Shown: one piece after another, positions 18,859 through 28,634 of the stretch | How the letters are laid out: every line of letters starts with the position of its first letter | Position numbering within the stretch: the stretch's first letter is position 1 | From: Candidatus Kapaibacterium sp. | GTDB lineage: Bacteria > Bacteroidota > Ignavibacteria > Kapaibacteriales > UBA2268 | Reading direction: 5' to 3' | Length of the DNA stretch: 64,000 bases | NCBI GenBank assembly: GCA_963665665.1 | Contig: OY762428.1 | Coordinates: 3,200,001-3,264,000 of the forward strand | The notes under the pieces: model-generated | What the model was told of the DNA's origin: nothing | Database searches by the model: none | Seen by the model: only the letters and a program-made list of their open reading frames with translations | Position numbers and translations under genes: made by a program

Positions 18859-19872
18859 ATGGGTATTCTAATTTCCCTGATAGCGATTGTGGTATTGATG
18901 CTGATCGGATATGCCGGCGGTAGCGTGGAGGCGCTTCATCCTGTATTCGGGATAGCATTGCCATATATTGCTATTGTTGTTTTTATTGTCGGAATAATTG
19001 TCCGTATATTAAAATGGGCCCGCACACCGGTACCGTTTAATATTACAACAACATGCGGGCAGCAGAAATCCCTGGATTTTATCCATCAGAATAAGATCGA
19101 TAATCCATACACGGGATTTCAGGCAACATTGAGAATGGCGTTTGAAATATTGTTTTTCAGGTCGTTGTTCCGAAATACCAAAGCAGAGCTGAACGACAAA
19201 CAAAGGCTGGTTTATGGCGACAGCAAGTGGCTGTGGGCATTTAGCCTTGCTTTCCACTGGTCGTTCCTGATAGTTGTGCTCAGGCATTTCAGATTTTTTA
19301 CTGAACCGGTTCCCGGTTTTGTCCGGTATATTAATTCACTGGACAGCTTCTTCCAGATTGGGCTGCCAATTATAACGATTACCGGATTTGTTCTGGTACT
19401 GGCAGTCGGGTATCTTCTTTTCAGGAGATTTTTCGATCAGAAAGTAAGGTATATTTCACTTGCTTCGGATTATTTCCCCTTATTCCTTATCCTGTCGATA
19501 GGGCTTACAGGTATCTGGATGAAATATATCGACAAAGTTAACCTGGAAGGCATCAAGGAGATGACCGTGAGCATTTTCAGGTTTAATCCTGTAGTTCCGG
19601 AAGCTATCGAGGCTTCTTTCTTCATTCATCTTTTCCTTGTTTGCATTTTGCTGATATATATACCCATGAGCAAACTTGTTCACATGCCCGGTATATTTTT
19701 CACACCAACACGCAATATGGCGAACAATACAAGGGCAAAAAGGCATGTTAATCCCTGGAATGAAGATTTCAAGATGCATCATCATACTTACGAGGAATAC
19801 GAAGACGAGTTCAGGGACTTTATGAGGGGCTGCGATTTACCCCTTGAAAAGGAGGAAAAAGATGGCAAATAA
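18859..19872 (+). CDS. dsrM: DsrM membrane cytochrome b
   Basis: PVPFNITTTCGQQKSL, FRSLFRNT, FHWS, SKLVHMPG, PTRNMANN. Confidence 0.96.
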   Translation: MGILISLIAIVVLMLIGYAGGSVEALHPVFGIALPYIAIVVFIVGIIVRILKWARTPVPFNITTTCGQQKSLDFIHQNKIDNPYTGFQATLRMAFEILFFRSLFRNTKAELNDKQRLVYGDSKWLWAFSLAFHWSFLIVVLRHFRFFTEPVPGFVRYINSLDSFFQIGLPIITITGFVLVLAVGYLLFRRFFDQKVRYISLASDYFPLFLILSIGLTGIWMKYIDKVNLEGIKEMTVSIFRFNPVVPEAIEASFFIHLFLVCILLIYIPMSKLVHMPGIFFTPTRNMANNTRAKRHVNPWNEDFKMHHHTYEEYEDEFRDFMRGCDLPLEKEEKDGK

Positions 19873-21481
19873 AATTACACCTCAGGATTTGGCCAATTCG
19901 GTAAATCACAATATCCCTTCAGAGAACTGGATGGATAAAAAGGTCAATTTTGTGAAAGGTAACTATAATCATGCGGCTGTTCCCGATAGTATAAAATATA
20001 TTGAACAGCCCAACCCCAGGAAATGGCAGCCTTATGAAGATGACTGGCAGCTTCCCGAAGACTGGCAGGAAATTATCCTGAACGGGCTGAGAGAAAGAAT
20101 ACACAAGTTTCGTTCGCTTCAGCTTTTTATGGATATCTGTGTGCGTTGCGGTGCATGCGCCGACAAATGCCACTTCTTCCTTGGTTCAGGCGACCCGAAG
20201 AATATGCCTGTTCTAAGGGCTGAACTTCTAAGGGCTGTTTACAGGAAAGAATATACAACTGCCGGTAAAATTATGGGCAAGATGGTTGGCGCCAAGAAAT
20301 TGGATCTCGAGACATTGCGTCAGTGGTTCTACTATTTCTACCAATGCACTCAGTGCAGGCGCTGCTCTGTATTTTGCCCCTACGGAATAGACACGGCGGA
20401 AATTACATTGATAACGCGTGAATTGATGAATCTTATCGGTGTAAATATCGACTGGGTAATGACTCCGGTTGCAAATTCACACCGGACGGGTAATCACCTT
20501 GGTATTCAGCCTCATGGCTTTGTGGACAGTATTGAATTTGCAGTGGATGACCTTAAAGATATCACGGGCGTACAGGTAGAGGCCCCAATTAATAAAAAAG
20601 GAGCTGAAGTGTTGTTTATAACTCCTTCTGCCGACTATTTTGGCGAGCCTCACTATTTCACGCTTCTTGGCTACCTGGCACTATTCCACGAGATTGGCCT
20701 GGATTATACATGGAGCACTTATGCTTCCGAGGGCGGAAACTTTGGTTCGTTTGTTTCTCATGAACTTATGAAGGTTTTGAATGCGAAGATGTATGCCGAG
20801 GCAAAGAGGCTTGGCGTAAAATGGATACTTGGCGGCGAATGTGGCCACATGTGGCGTGTTGTTCATCAGTATATGGATACTTTGAACGGGCCTGCCGACT
20901 TCCTTGAAACTCCTGTATCGCCGATTACTGGCACGAAATTTAGCAATTCAAATTCTTCGAAAATGGTTCATATCACCGAGTTTACAGCAGACCTTATTCG
21001 AAATAACAAGTTAAAACTGGATCCGAGCAGAAATGACCACTGGCATGCTACTTTCCACGATTCATGCAATCCGAGCCGTGCTTTGGGAATTCTGGAAGAA
21101 CCAAGATATATTATAAACAGCGTTATGAATCAATTTACCGAGATGCCGGATAATACTATCCGGGAGCAGACTTTCTGCTGCGGCAGTGGTGCCGGGCTCG
21201 GAACAGAAGAAAACTTCGAAATGAGAATGCGCGGTGGTATGCCAAGGGCAAATGCCGTTAAACATGTTCAGGAAACCGATGATGTGAATATCCTGCTTTG
21301 CATGTGTGCTATCGACAAAGCTACGCTTGTCCCGCTGATGGATTACTGGATTCCAGGTATGGAGGTTGGCGGTATCCACGAGATGGTGGGCAACGCTCTG
21401 ATAATGGATGGCGAAGCTGAAAGGGAAACTGACATGAGAGGCCAGCCGCTTCAGGGAAAGGAGGGTGAAGAAGATGTATAA
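19862..21481 (+). CDS. dsrK: DsrK FeS/CCG protein
   Basis: CVRCGACADKCH, CTQCRRCSVFC, GECGHMWR, HDSCN, FCCGSG. Confidence 0.96.
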   Translation: MANKITPQDLANSVNHNIPSENWMDKKVNFVKGNYNHAAVPDSIKYIEQPNPRKWQPYEDDWQLPEDWQEIILNGLRERIHKFRSLQLFMDICVRCGACADKCHFFLGSGDPKNMPVLRAELLRAVYRKEYTTAGKIMGKMVGAKKLDLETLRQWFYYFYQCTQCRRCSVFCPYGIDTAEITLITRELMNLIGVNIDWVMTPVANSHRTGNHLGIQPHGFVDSIEFAVDDLKDITGVQVEAPINKKGAEVLFITPSADYFGEPHYFTLLGYLALFHEIGLDYTWSTYASEGGNFGSFVSHELMKVLNAKMYAEAKRLGVKWILGGECGHMWRVVHQYMDTLNGPADFLETPVSPITGTKFSNSNSSKMVHITEFTADLIRNNKLKLDPSRNDHWHATFHDSCNPSRALGILEEPRYIINSVMNQFTEMPDNTIREQTFCCGSGAGLGTEENFEMRMRGGMPRANAVKHVQETDDVNILLCMCAIDKATLVPLMDYWIPGMEVGGIHEMVGNALIMDGEAERETDMRGQPLQGKEGEEDV

Positions 21482-21950
21482 TTCAGGTAAAGTGATTCTT
21501 GGTATTATTGTTTTCCTCGTGCTCTTCGGCGCTCCTGTCTGGCTAACCTTAAGCAGCAGCCAGGCTGACGAAGTCCCCGAACTGAAATACCCTGAAAATT
21601 CCACCGAATGTGTTTATGAAAAAGAACACATGAGGGCTTACCACATGGAAATTCTGAATGACTGGCGGGACAAGGTAGTAAGGGAAAATATCCGCTACGA
21701 AGATATTAATGGCAAAAAAGTGGAAATGAGCCTAACGAAAACATGCATGAAATGCCATGACGACAAGGTGAATTTTTGTGATAAATGCCATGATTATCTT
21801 GGTGTAACTCCTTATTGCTGGGATTGCCACGTTATGCCGCAGGAGATTACTCAGAAACCGGCAGTAACAACTATGTCAGAAAAGCAGCCTTGCTGCGATA
21901 AACATAAAGATGAAGTTAAAATATCCGAGGAGGCAGGAAATGAAAATTGA
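21474..21950 (+). CDS. dsrJ: DsrJ triheme cytochrome c
   Basis: Three CxxCH (CMKCH, CDKCH, CWDCH); ECV..MRAYHM..WRD.VVR. Confidence 0.95.
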   Translation: MYNSGKVILGIIVFLVLFGAPVWLTLSSSQADEVPELKYPENSTECVYEKEHMRAYHMEILNDWRDKVVRENIRYEDINGKKVEMSLTKTCMKCHDDKVNFCDKCHDYLGVTPYCWDCHVMPQEITQKPAVTTMSEKQPCCDKHKDEVKISEEAGNEN

Positions 21951-22716
21951 CAGAAGGAAATTCCTGTCCCTGACCGGTGGAGCAGCATTATTCGGGCTGG
22001 CAGGAAAAGCTTCCTACGAGGCTTTTGCAGCCGGAGAAGTTGACAAAGCCATCGGAGAACATAAGGCCAAAACGCGTTGGGCTATGGTAATTGACCTCAG
22101 GATACTGAAAGACCATCCCGAGGAATATGACAACATTATCAATGCCTGTAACCTGGACCATAATGTTCCGAAAATTGATGATGAAAGGCATGAAATTAAA
22201 TGGGTATGGAAGGAAGACTTCCACCATGCTTTCATCGAGCAGGAAAACTTTTTCTATCCAAATGAAGTGCGTCACATGAATGTTATACTCATGTGCAATC
22301 ATTGCGATAATCCTCCCTGCGTGAATGTATGCCCGACACAGGCCACATGGAAGCGCGAGGAAGACGGAATCGTGATGATGGACTGGCACCGCTGCATAGG
22401 ATGCCGCTATTGTATGGCAGCATGCCCTTACGGCTCCAGGAGCTTCAATTGGGTGGATCCCAAGCCATTGCTAAAAGAAATGAACGGAGACTTTCCGGCA
22501 AGGACAAAAGGTGTTGTTGAAAAATGCACTTTCTGTGCTTCAAGGATTTCACAAGGCAAACAACCTGCCTGCGTAGAAGCCTGCAAAACCGGAGCCTTAA
22601 AATTTGGAAACCTGTATGACAGAGAATCCGAAATCAGGAAAGTTCTCCGCGATAATTATTCAATAAGAAGAAAACCTGAACTTGGCACACAGCCTGAAGT
22701 TTATTATTTAATATAG
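21940..22716 (+). CDS. dsrO: DsrO periplasmic FeS protein
   Basis: Tat signal DRRKFL; CNHCDNPPC, CIGCRYCMAAC, KCTFC. Confidence 0.95.
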   Translation: MKIDRRKFLSLTGGAALFGLAGKASYEAFAAGEVDKAIGEHKAKTRWAMVIDLRILKDHPEEYDNIINACNLDHNVPKIDDERHEIKWVWKEDFHHAFIEQENFFYPNEVRHMNVILMCNHCDNPPCVNVCPTQATWKREEDGIVMMDWHRCIGCRYCMAACPYGSRSFNWVDPKPLLKEMNGDFPARTKGVVEKCTFCASRISQGKQPACVEACKTGALKFGNLYDRESEIRKVLRDNYSIRRKPELGTQPEVYYLI

Positions 22717-22758
22717 GTTTTCCGATAATCCTTTGAAAGTAAATACGAGGGATAAAAA

Positions 22759-23916
22759 ATGTTAGAAAAAGCATTTCAAGGCAGTAAAAAATATTGGACA
22801 TGGGTAATTTTCCTGCTGCTGCTTATTATGACCGGCACTTTGTTCTATCTGAAGCAATTCAGCGAAGGCCTGGGTGTGACGGGTATGAACAGAGATGTAA
22901 CCTGGGGCTTTTATATTGCCCAGTTTACTTTCCTGGTTGGTGTGGCGGCTTCGGCTGTTATGGTGGTTCTGCCATACTACCTTCACAATTATAAGCAATT
23001 CGGGAAGATAACCATTCTCGGCGAATTTCTCGCCATAGGATCAGTGATTATGTGTATGACTTTTATTTTCGTTGATATGGGGCAACCCCTGCGTATTGCG
23101 AATGTATTCATGCACCCGACACCGAACTCACCGATGTTCTGGGATTCGGTGTCGCTGTTCGGCTATCTGATTCTGAACGTGGTAATCAGCCGCGTTGCTC
23201 TTTCTTCGGAAAAGAAAGGTATTGCTCCGCCCCATTGGATAAAACCAATAATTATTTTATCCATTCCCTGGGCTGTTAGTATTCATACTGTAACTGCATT
23301 TCTGTACTCAGGCCTTGCAGCCCGTCCGTTCTGGATGAGTGCCGTTATGGCCCCGAGATTCCTTTCAACTGCTTTTGCAGCAGGCCCGGCACTTCTTGTG
23401 CTTCTGGTGCTGTTGCTCAGGAAGGTTACTAACTTCCAGGTTGGTAAAGAACCGATTCAGAAACTTGCAATTATCATGACTTATGCTATGATGCTGAATA
23501 TCTTCCTGCTTCTTATGGAAGTATTTACCGCTCTTTATAGCGGCATTCCGCACCATGCGCATCATTTCCAGCTTCTATATCTTGGTTTCGAGGGTAATAC
23601 CACACTCGTACCGTGGATGTGGATATCAAGTATCCTGGCAATATTGTCAATAATTATGCTTGCAACTCCGAAATTCAGGAAAAATGAAAAGATACTGCTC
23701 TGGTCTTCAGTGTTTGTATTCTTATCAATCTGGATTGACAAGGGGCTTGGTATGATCGTAACGGGATTCATCCCGACTCCTTTGGGCCACACCGTTGATT
23801 ACTGGCCGACAATTCCCGAGTTTATGATCTCGGTTGGCATATATGCCATAGGCATGCTTATTATTACCGGACTTTATAAGATAGCGCTTTCTGTCAGGAG
23901 ACAGCTGAAAGTTTAA
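22759..23916 (+). CDS. dsrP: DsrP (NrfD/PsrC family)
   Basis: TGMNRDVTWG, FTFLVGVAASA, SIHTVTAFLY, APRFL, WIDKG. Confidence 0.95.
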   Translation: MLEKAFQGSKKYWTWVIFLLLLIMTGTLFYLKQFSEGLGVTGMNRDVTWGFYIAQFTFLVGVAASAVMVVLPYYLHNYKQFGKITILGEFLAIGSVIMCMTFIFVDMGQPLRIANVFMHPTPNSPMFWDSVSLFGYLILNVVISRVALSSEKKGIAPPHWIKPIIILSIPWAVSIHTVTAFLYSGLAARPFWMSAVMAPRFLSTAFAAGPALLVLLVLLLRKVTNFQVGKEPIQKLAIIMTYAMMLNIFLLLMEVFTALYSGIPHHAHHFQLLYLGFEGNTTLVPWMWISSILAILSIIMLATPKFRKNEKILLWSSVFVFLSIWIDKGLGMIVTGFIPTPLGHTVDYWPTIPEFMISVGIYAIGMLIITGLYKIALSVRRQLKV

Positions 23917-23935
23917 ATGTTATTCTATAAATATC

Positions 23936-23980
23936 AATTCCGCCTTCGTTCATCAGAAAGAGGGCGGAATTATTTATTTA
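23936..23980 (+). terminator. Terminator after dsrP
   Basis: AATTCCGCCTTC...GAGGGCGGAATT followed by a T-rich tail. Confidence 0.75.
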
Positions 23981-24324
23981 TGCTTTATATACTTGTTGTT
24001 TTATTGAAATTCAGAACTTCTGTACCGGGAGCGAAATTTCAACGAACCATTGTAACAACTACCTGATGCAATATTTTGTATATATCAACAATTGATACCA
24101 CATAAATATATCTGAAATATCAATATTACGATGAAATTTTTTAACGTGGATTCCTGATGACTGAACATTGTGATTAGCAGGCTTAGGATGAAAGAAAATC
24201 TGCATTGCGAAGTATAAATTCATAAAGAATGTATTCATTCATCTCCAAATACAATTATTTACATTCCAATTCGATAATATAGAATTGAAAAAAAATTTGA
24301 TTATTAAAATTTCAGGATAGCATA

Positions 24325-27300
24325 ATGAAAAGATTTTCTATTGCATTTTTGGTGCTAATTGTTGCAGTGCCGTTCCTCAGATCGGAGGAGACAAGGCTCC
24401 TGCGTTATCCGGCTGTATCTGACAGCCAGATTGCTTTTGTTTATGGCGGAGATATTTATACGGTTGATATAAATGGCGGCCTTGCCAGGAAACTGACAAA
24501 CTCTGACGGATTCGAGATATTTCCGCGTTTTTCTCCTGACGGCAAGCAGATTGCATTTTCGGGAGAATATGACGGCAACCGTGAAGTTTATCTTATGCCG
24601 GCAAATGGCGGCGAACCCAAAAGGCTTACCTACAGCCCGGATATGACAGCTTCACTACCTGAACGCATGGGGCCTGACAAAGTGATAATGGGCTGGACTC
24701 CTGATGGTAAAGACATCCTTTACCGCTCGCGAAAGGCAAGCTGGAATGCTTTCACCGGACGCCTTTACCTTATTGATACAAAGGGCTCGCTGCCTGAGGA
24801 ACTGCCGCTTCCCCGGGGTGGTTTTGCCTCATACTCGCCTGACGGAAAAAAACTGGCGTATAACAGGATATTCCGCGAGTTCCGCACATGGAAACGCTAC
24901 CAGGGAGGTATGGCCGATGATATCTGGATATATGATTTTAACACAAAGAAAACCGAACAGATAACTGACAACAAAGCCCAGGATATTATTCCTATGTGGG
25001 CAGGAAACAAAGTCTATTTCCTTTCCGACAGAACAAAACGCATGAACCTGTATTCCTACAATATTAATACAAAAGAAACAAAACAGCTTACAAATTATAC
25101 AGATTTTGATATTAAATTCCCGTCTTTGGGTAAAAATCATATCGTATTCGAAAAGGGCGGATATATTTATCTTCTTGACCTTAGCGATGATAAAGTCAGC
25201 AGGGTAAATATTGAGGTAGCGCAGGATTTTCCCTATGCCAGAACTGAAATAGTAAATGTAAAGAATAAGATCAATTCTTATGAAATATCACCGGAAGGAA
25301 ACAGGGCACTGTTCACTGCACGCGGTGATATATTTACCGTTCCGAGAGAAAAGGGCAGAACATATAACCTGACTGAAAGTTCCGGTGCTCACGATAGAAA
25401 TGCCGTTTGGTCTCCCGATGGGAAGTGGATTGCATTTATAAGCGACAGAAGCGGCGAAGATGAAGTATATATGATGAAACCCGATGGCTCGGATGTTATT
25501 AAGCTTACTGATGACGCAGAATCATACAGATTTTCTTTAAAATGGTCGCCGGACAGCAAATACCTGCTTTGCTCGGATAAAGCAATGAAACTGTATTATA
25601 TAGATATAAGTTCGAAGAAGGTTACGCAGGTGGCAAAATCAAAACAGTGGGAAATTCGGGATTATACATGGTCACCGGACAGTAAATGGATTGCATATTC
25701 TGATGGAGCGGATAATGGATTCTCAGTTGTTTATTTACATTCGATAGAGAAAAATGAAACATACCCGCTGACTTCCGAATTTTTCGAGAGCCGCAGCCCC
25801 GAATTTTCTGAGGATGGGAAGTACTTGTTTTTTGTTTCGAACAGAACATTCAATCCTCAGCTTGGCAATTTTGAACTGAGCTATAACTATCGTGATATGA
25901 GTACGATCTTTGGTATTACTCTTCAGTCTGATGAACCGACGCCATTTGCCTACGAAGAAGATAAAGTAGCGGTTAGCGACGGCGATAAGAAGAAAAAGTC
26001 CAAAAAAGATAAAGAAGATGAAAGCAAAGGAATTGATATAGATAATATCAGCCGGCGTATTTTTGAACTTCCGGCTAAATCTGCAAATTATGGCGGACTA
26101 AAATCTATCGGGAATAAACTTTATTATGTTGTTGGCGGAGCCGGCATTAAGCCCGGGCTGAAAGTTTTTGATTTCGATAAAAAAGAAGAATCTGATGTTG
26201 GCAGTATCAGAGGATATGAAATAAGCGCCGACGGCAAATATATCCTGTTCAGGAGCGGAAAAGATTACTATATCGAGAAACTTGGCGCTAAGGTAAAACC
26301 GGGCGAAGGAAAACTCAATCTCGATAATATGGAAATTAAACTAAACCGGCGTGAGGAATGGACTCAGATATTCAACGAAGCATGGCGTCAGATGAAGTAT
26401 TTCCTCTACGATCCTAATCTTCACGGAGTTGACTGGAACGGTGTTAAAAAATCTTACTCCGAACTTCTGCCTTATGTTATTCACCGGGAAGACCTGACTT
26501 ATATTATTGGTGAGATGATAGGCGAGTTGAATGTGGGGCATGCATACTTTGGCGGCGGTGATGCTCCCAAAACAAAGAAGATACCCGTGGGGCTGCTCGG
26601 TGTGGATTTTGAGTTGGATCCCGGAAGTGGTTTTTACAGGATTGCTAAAATTTATCCCGGCAGAAACTGGGAAGAAGGTACACGTTCCCCGCTAACAGAA
26701 CCCGGCATTGATGTAAAAGAAGGGGATTATTTAGTTATGATTGACGGCGATAAACTAAGCGCCGAACTTCATCCTAACAAAGCGCTCGTGAACAAGGCCG
26801 GAAAATTTGTTGAATTGAAAGTTAATTCAAGGCCATCTGTAACCGGTGCAAAGGATATCAACGTGAAAACCATTGCTCATGAAAATGGGCTGCGCTACTT
26901 AGACTGGGTGGAAACAAACCGCCGCAAAGTAGATGAAGCCACGGACGGGCAGGTAGCTTATATTCATATTCCGAATATGATGTTCGAGGGGCTGAATGAA
27001 TTCGTAAAATACTTCTATCCGCAGATTCGCAAAAAAGGCCTGATAGTTGACGACAGGTTCAACGGTGGCGGATTTGTTTCAAAAATGATATTGGAAAGAT
27101 TGAGAAGAATCATGACAATGGTTGGCAATGCCCGAAATCAGGAAGTAGTCTCCACATATCCGGAAGCAGTTTTCACAGGGCCAATGCTTTGCATGACAAA
27201 TGAATATTCTGCCTCCGACGGCGATATTTTTCCTTATAATTTCAGGCAGAACAATCTTGGCAAAACATTGGGCAAACGCACATGGGGAGGCGTTATCGGA

Positions 27301-27555
27301 ATCAGGGGCAGCCTGCCGTTCGTTGACGGCAGCTACCTGAATAAACCGGAGTTCTCGCATTTCAGTGTGGATGGCAAATGGATACTCGAAGGCGAAGGAT
27401 TCACACCGGATATAATTCTGGATAACGACCCGGCACAGGAATATTCCGGAAATGATCAGCAGTTGAATAGAGCTATTGAAATAATACTTGAAGAAGTGAA
27501 AAATTACAAAGGGCCGAAAATCCCAGAAGTGCCTCAGCATCCGATAAGGAACTGA
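24325..27555 (+). CDS. Tricorn protease homolog (S41)
   Basis: Signal peptide, PD40 repeats (FSPDG/WSPD), PDZ, DDRFNGGG, SASDGD, RTWGG. Confidence 0.95.
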   Translation: MKRFSIAFLVLIVAVPFLRSEETRLLRYPAVSDSQIAFVYGGDIYTVDINGGLARKLTNSDGFEIFPRFSPDGKQIAFSGEYDGNREVYLMPANGGEPKRLTYSPDMTASLPERMGPDKVIMGWTPDGKDILYRSRKASWNAFTGRLYLIDTKGSLPEELPLPRGGFASYSPDGKKLAYNRIFREFRTWKRYQGGMADDIWIYDFNTKKTEQITDNKAQDIIPMWAGNKVYFLSDRTKRMNLYSYNINTKETKQLTNYTDFDIKFPSLGKNHIVFEKGGYIYLLDLSDDKVSRVNIEVAQDFPYARTEIVNVKNKINSYEISPEGNRALFTARGDIFTVPREKGRTYNLTESSGAHDRNAVWSPDGKWIAFISDRSGEDEVYMMKPDGSDVIKLTDDAESYRFSLKWSPDSKYLLCSDKAMKLYYIDISSKKVTQVAKSKQWEIRDYTWSPDSKWIAYSDGADNGFSVVYLHSIEKNETYPLTSEFFESRSPEFSEDGKYLFFVSNRTFNPQLGNFELSYNYRDMSTIFGITLQSDEPTPFAYEEDKVAVSDGDKKKKSKKDKEDESKGIDIDNISRRIFELPAKSANYGGLKSIGNKLYYVVGGAGIKPGLKVFDFDKKEESDVGSIRGYEISADGKYILFRSGKDYYIEKLGAKVKPGEGKLNLDNMEIKLNRREEWTQIFNEAWRQMKYFLYDPNLHGVDWNGVKKSYSELLPYVIHREDLTYIIGEMIGELNVGHAYFGGGDAPKTKKIPVGLLGVDFELDPGSGFYRIAKIYPGRNWEEGTRSPLTEPGIDVKEGDYLVMIDGDKLSAELHPNKALVNKAGKFVELKVNSRPSVTGAKDINVKTIAHENGLRYLDWVETNRRKVDEATDGQVAYIHIPNMMFEGLNEFVKYFYPQIRKKGLIVDDRFNGGGFVSKMILERLRRIMTMVGNARNQEVVSTYPEAVFTGPMLCMTNEYSASDGDIFPYNFRQNNLGKTLGKRTWGGVIGIRGSLPFVDGSYLNKPEFSHFSVDGKWILEGEGFTPDIILDNDPAQEYSGNDQQLNRAIEIILEEVKNYKGPKIPEVPQHPIRN

Positions 27556-27591
27556 TAGGCTTTGCTAATTTATATTCAGATGTCTATCTTT

Positions 27592-28090
27592 TTTCTCCTT
27601 CCCAAGCCCTGCTTGGGAAGGAGAAAGTTGTCCTTGGATAAAATATCCGATAGAGTATTAAAATGATATAAAAAAGCTCCGTAGGAGCGACACAATCTTT
27701 TGACTATGTCGCCCCGATGGGGCTTTTGTTTTTACCGGGTTTGCCTTTCTACAAAAATGTCGCGGCTACGCCGCTTTCGATTTGGGAAGATGTAGAGGTA
27801 ATGAATGACTGTTATTTGAGAAGAATCCACCCCCGCCCTTCGGACACCCCCGCCAGCGGGGGACAGTTCTTTTCCTCCTTCCCAAGTTGCACTTGGGAAG
27901 GAATATTTCCTGCAAAGTTATACTTTGCCATACACTGTTTCAACGAATTACAAATAACAGATTCATTTACGAAGCTCATCTTCGTATAAAATTGGCATTA
28001 CCAAGTCTTTCTACAAAAATGTCGCGGCTACGCCGCTTTCGGTTAGGATAGAATGTAGGGGGAAGGAATAACTGTTATCTGAGAAGAATC
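27592..28090. repeat. Mosaic of REP-like hairpins with an ~83-bp direct repeat (27745-27827 / 28007-28090)
   Basis: TTTCTCCTTCCCAAGC/GCTTGGGAAGGAGAAA, GCTCCGTAGGAGC, GCCCCGATGGGGC, CCCCCGCCAGCGGGGG; 35 identical nt CTTTCTACAAAAATGTCGCGGCTACGCCGCTTTCG twice. Confidence 0.85.
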
Positions 28091-28597
28091 AACGCTCGTG
28101 GCGTAGAGATCAAGAACCTGCCGGTACATAACCTTCTCCGATGAACGGATATCACGAATGCGATCTAATAGTTCGCGCCAGTAAGCGCCTCCTCCAAATT
28201 CCTTCAGGCGCTCATCATCCATAGCAAAGCCCTTAACTATATATTCTTTAAGGCGTTCGCTGGCCCAAATACGGAACTGCTTGGCAATTCGTGACTTAAT
28301 GCAGTAGCCAAGAGAAATTATCATATCAAGGTTGTAGAATGGAATGTTTCTTTCCATATTTCTATTGCCTTCGATTTGAACCTGTCGGAATTTCCGACAA
28401 GTTGAATCTTCCTGCAACTCGCCTTCCTCATAGATATGCTTAATATGCTCCACTACATTTGTTCTTGATGAATGATAAAGCTGTGCCATCTGCTGCTGAG
28501 ACAGCCATACTGTCTCATCAGATAAACGGACGTCAATCCTTGTTTTGCCTTGATTGGACTGATAAATCAGTATTTCGCCTTTTTTATCTTCTTTCAT
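28043..28597 (-). pseudogene. Truncated virulence RhuM-family DNA-binding protein
   Basis: ETVWLSQQQMAQL, YNLDMIISLGY, KGFAMDDERLK, IRDIRSSEK...YATSVD, then runs into repeat DNA; about half the usual length. Confidence 0.8.
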
Positions 28598-28634
28598 CCG
28601 TCAAGCCTCCCGGAAATAATAATTTCGTTTCATA

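Noticed and set aside
24154-24193. Hammerhead ribozyme core CTGATGA...GAAA
   Set aside because: The intervening sequence does not form stem II and the flanking stems are not evident
27717-27989. 90-aa ORF (and the 124-aa ORF at 31013-31387)
   Set aside because: Translations of REP mosaic DNA; no coding evidence
27592-28090. CRISPR array
   Set aside because: Repeats are heterogeneous hairpins without regular repeat-spacer periodicity, and no cas genes are present
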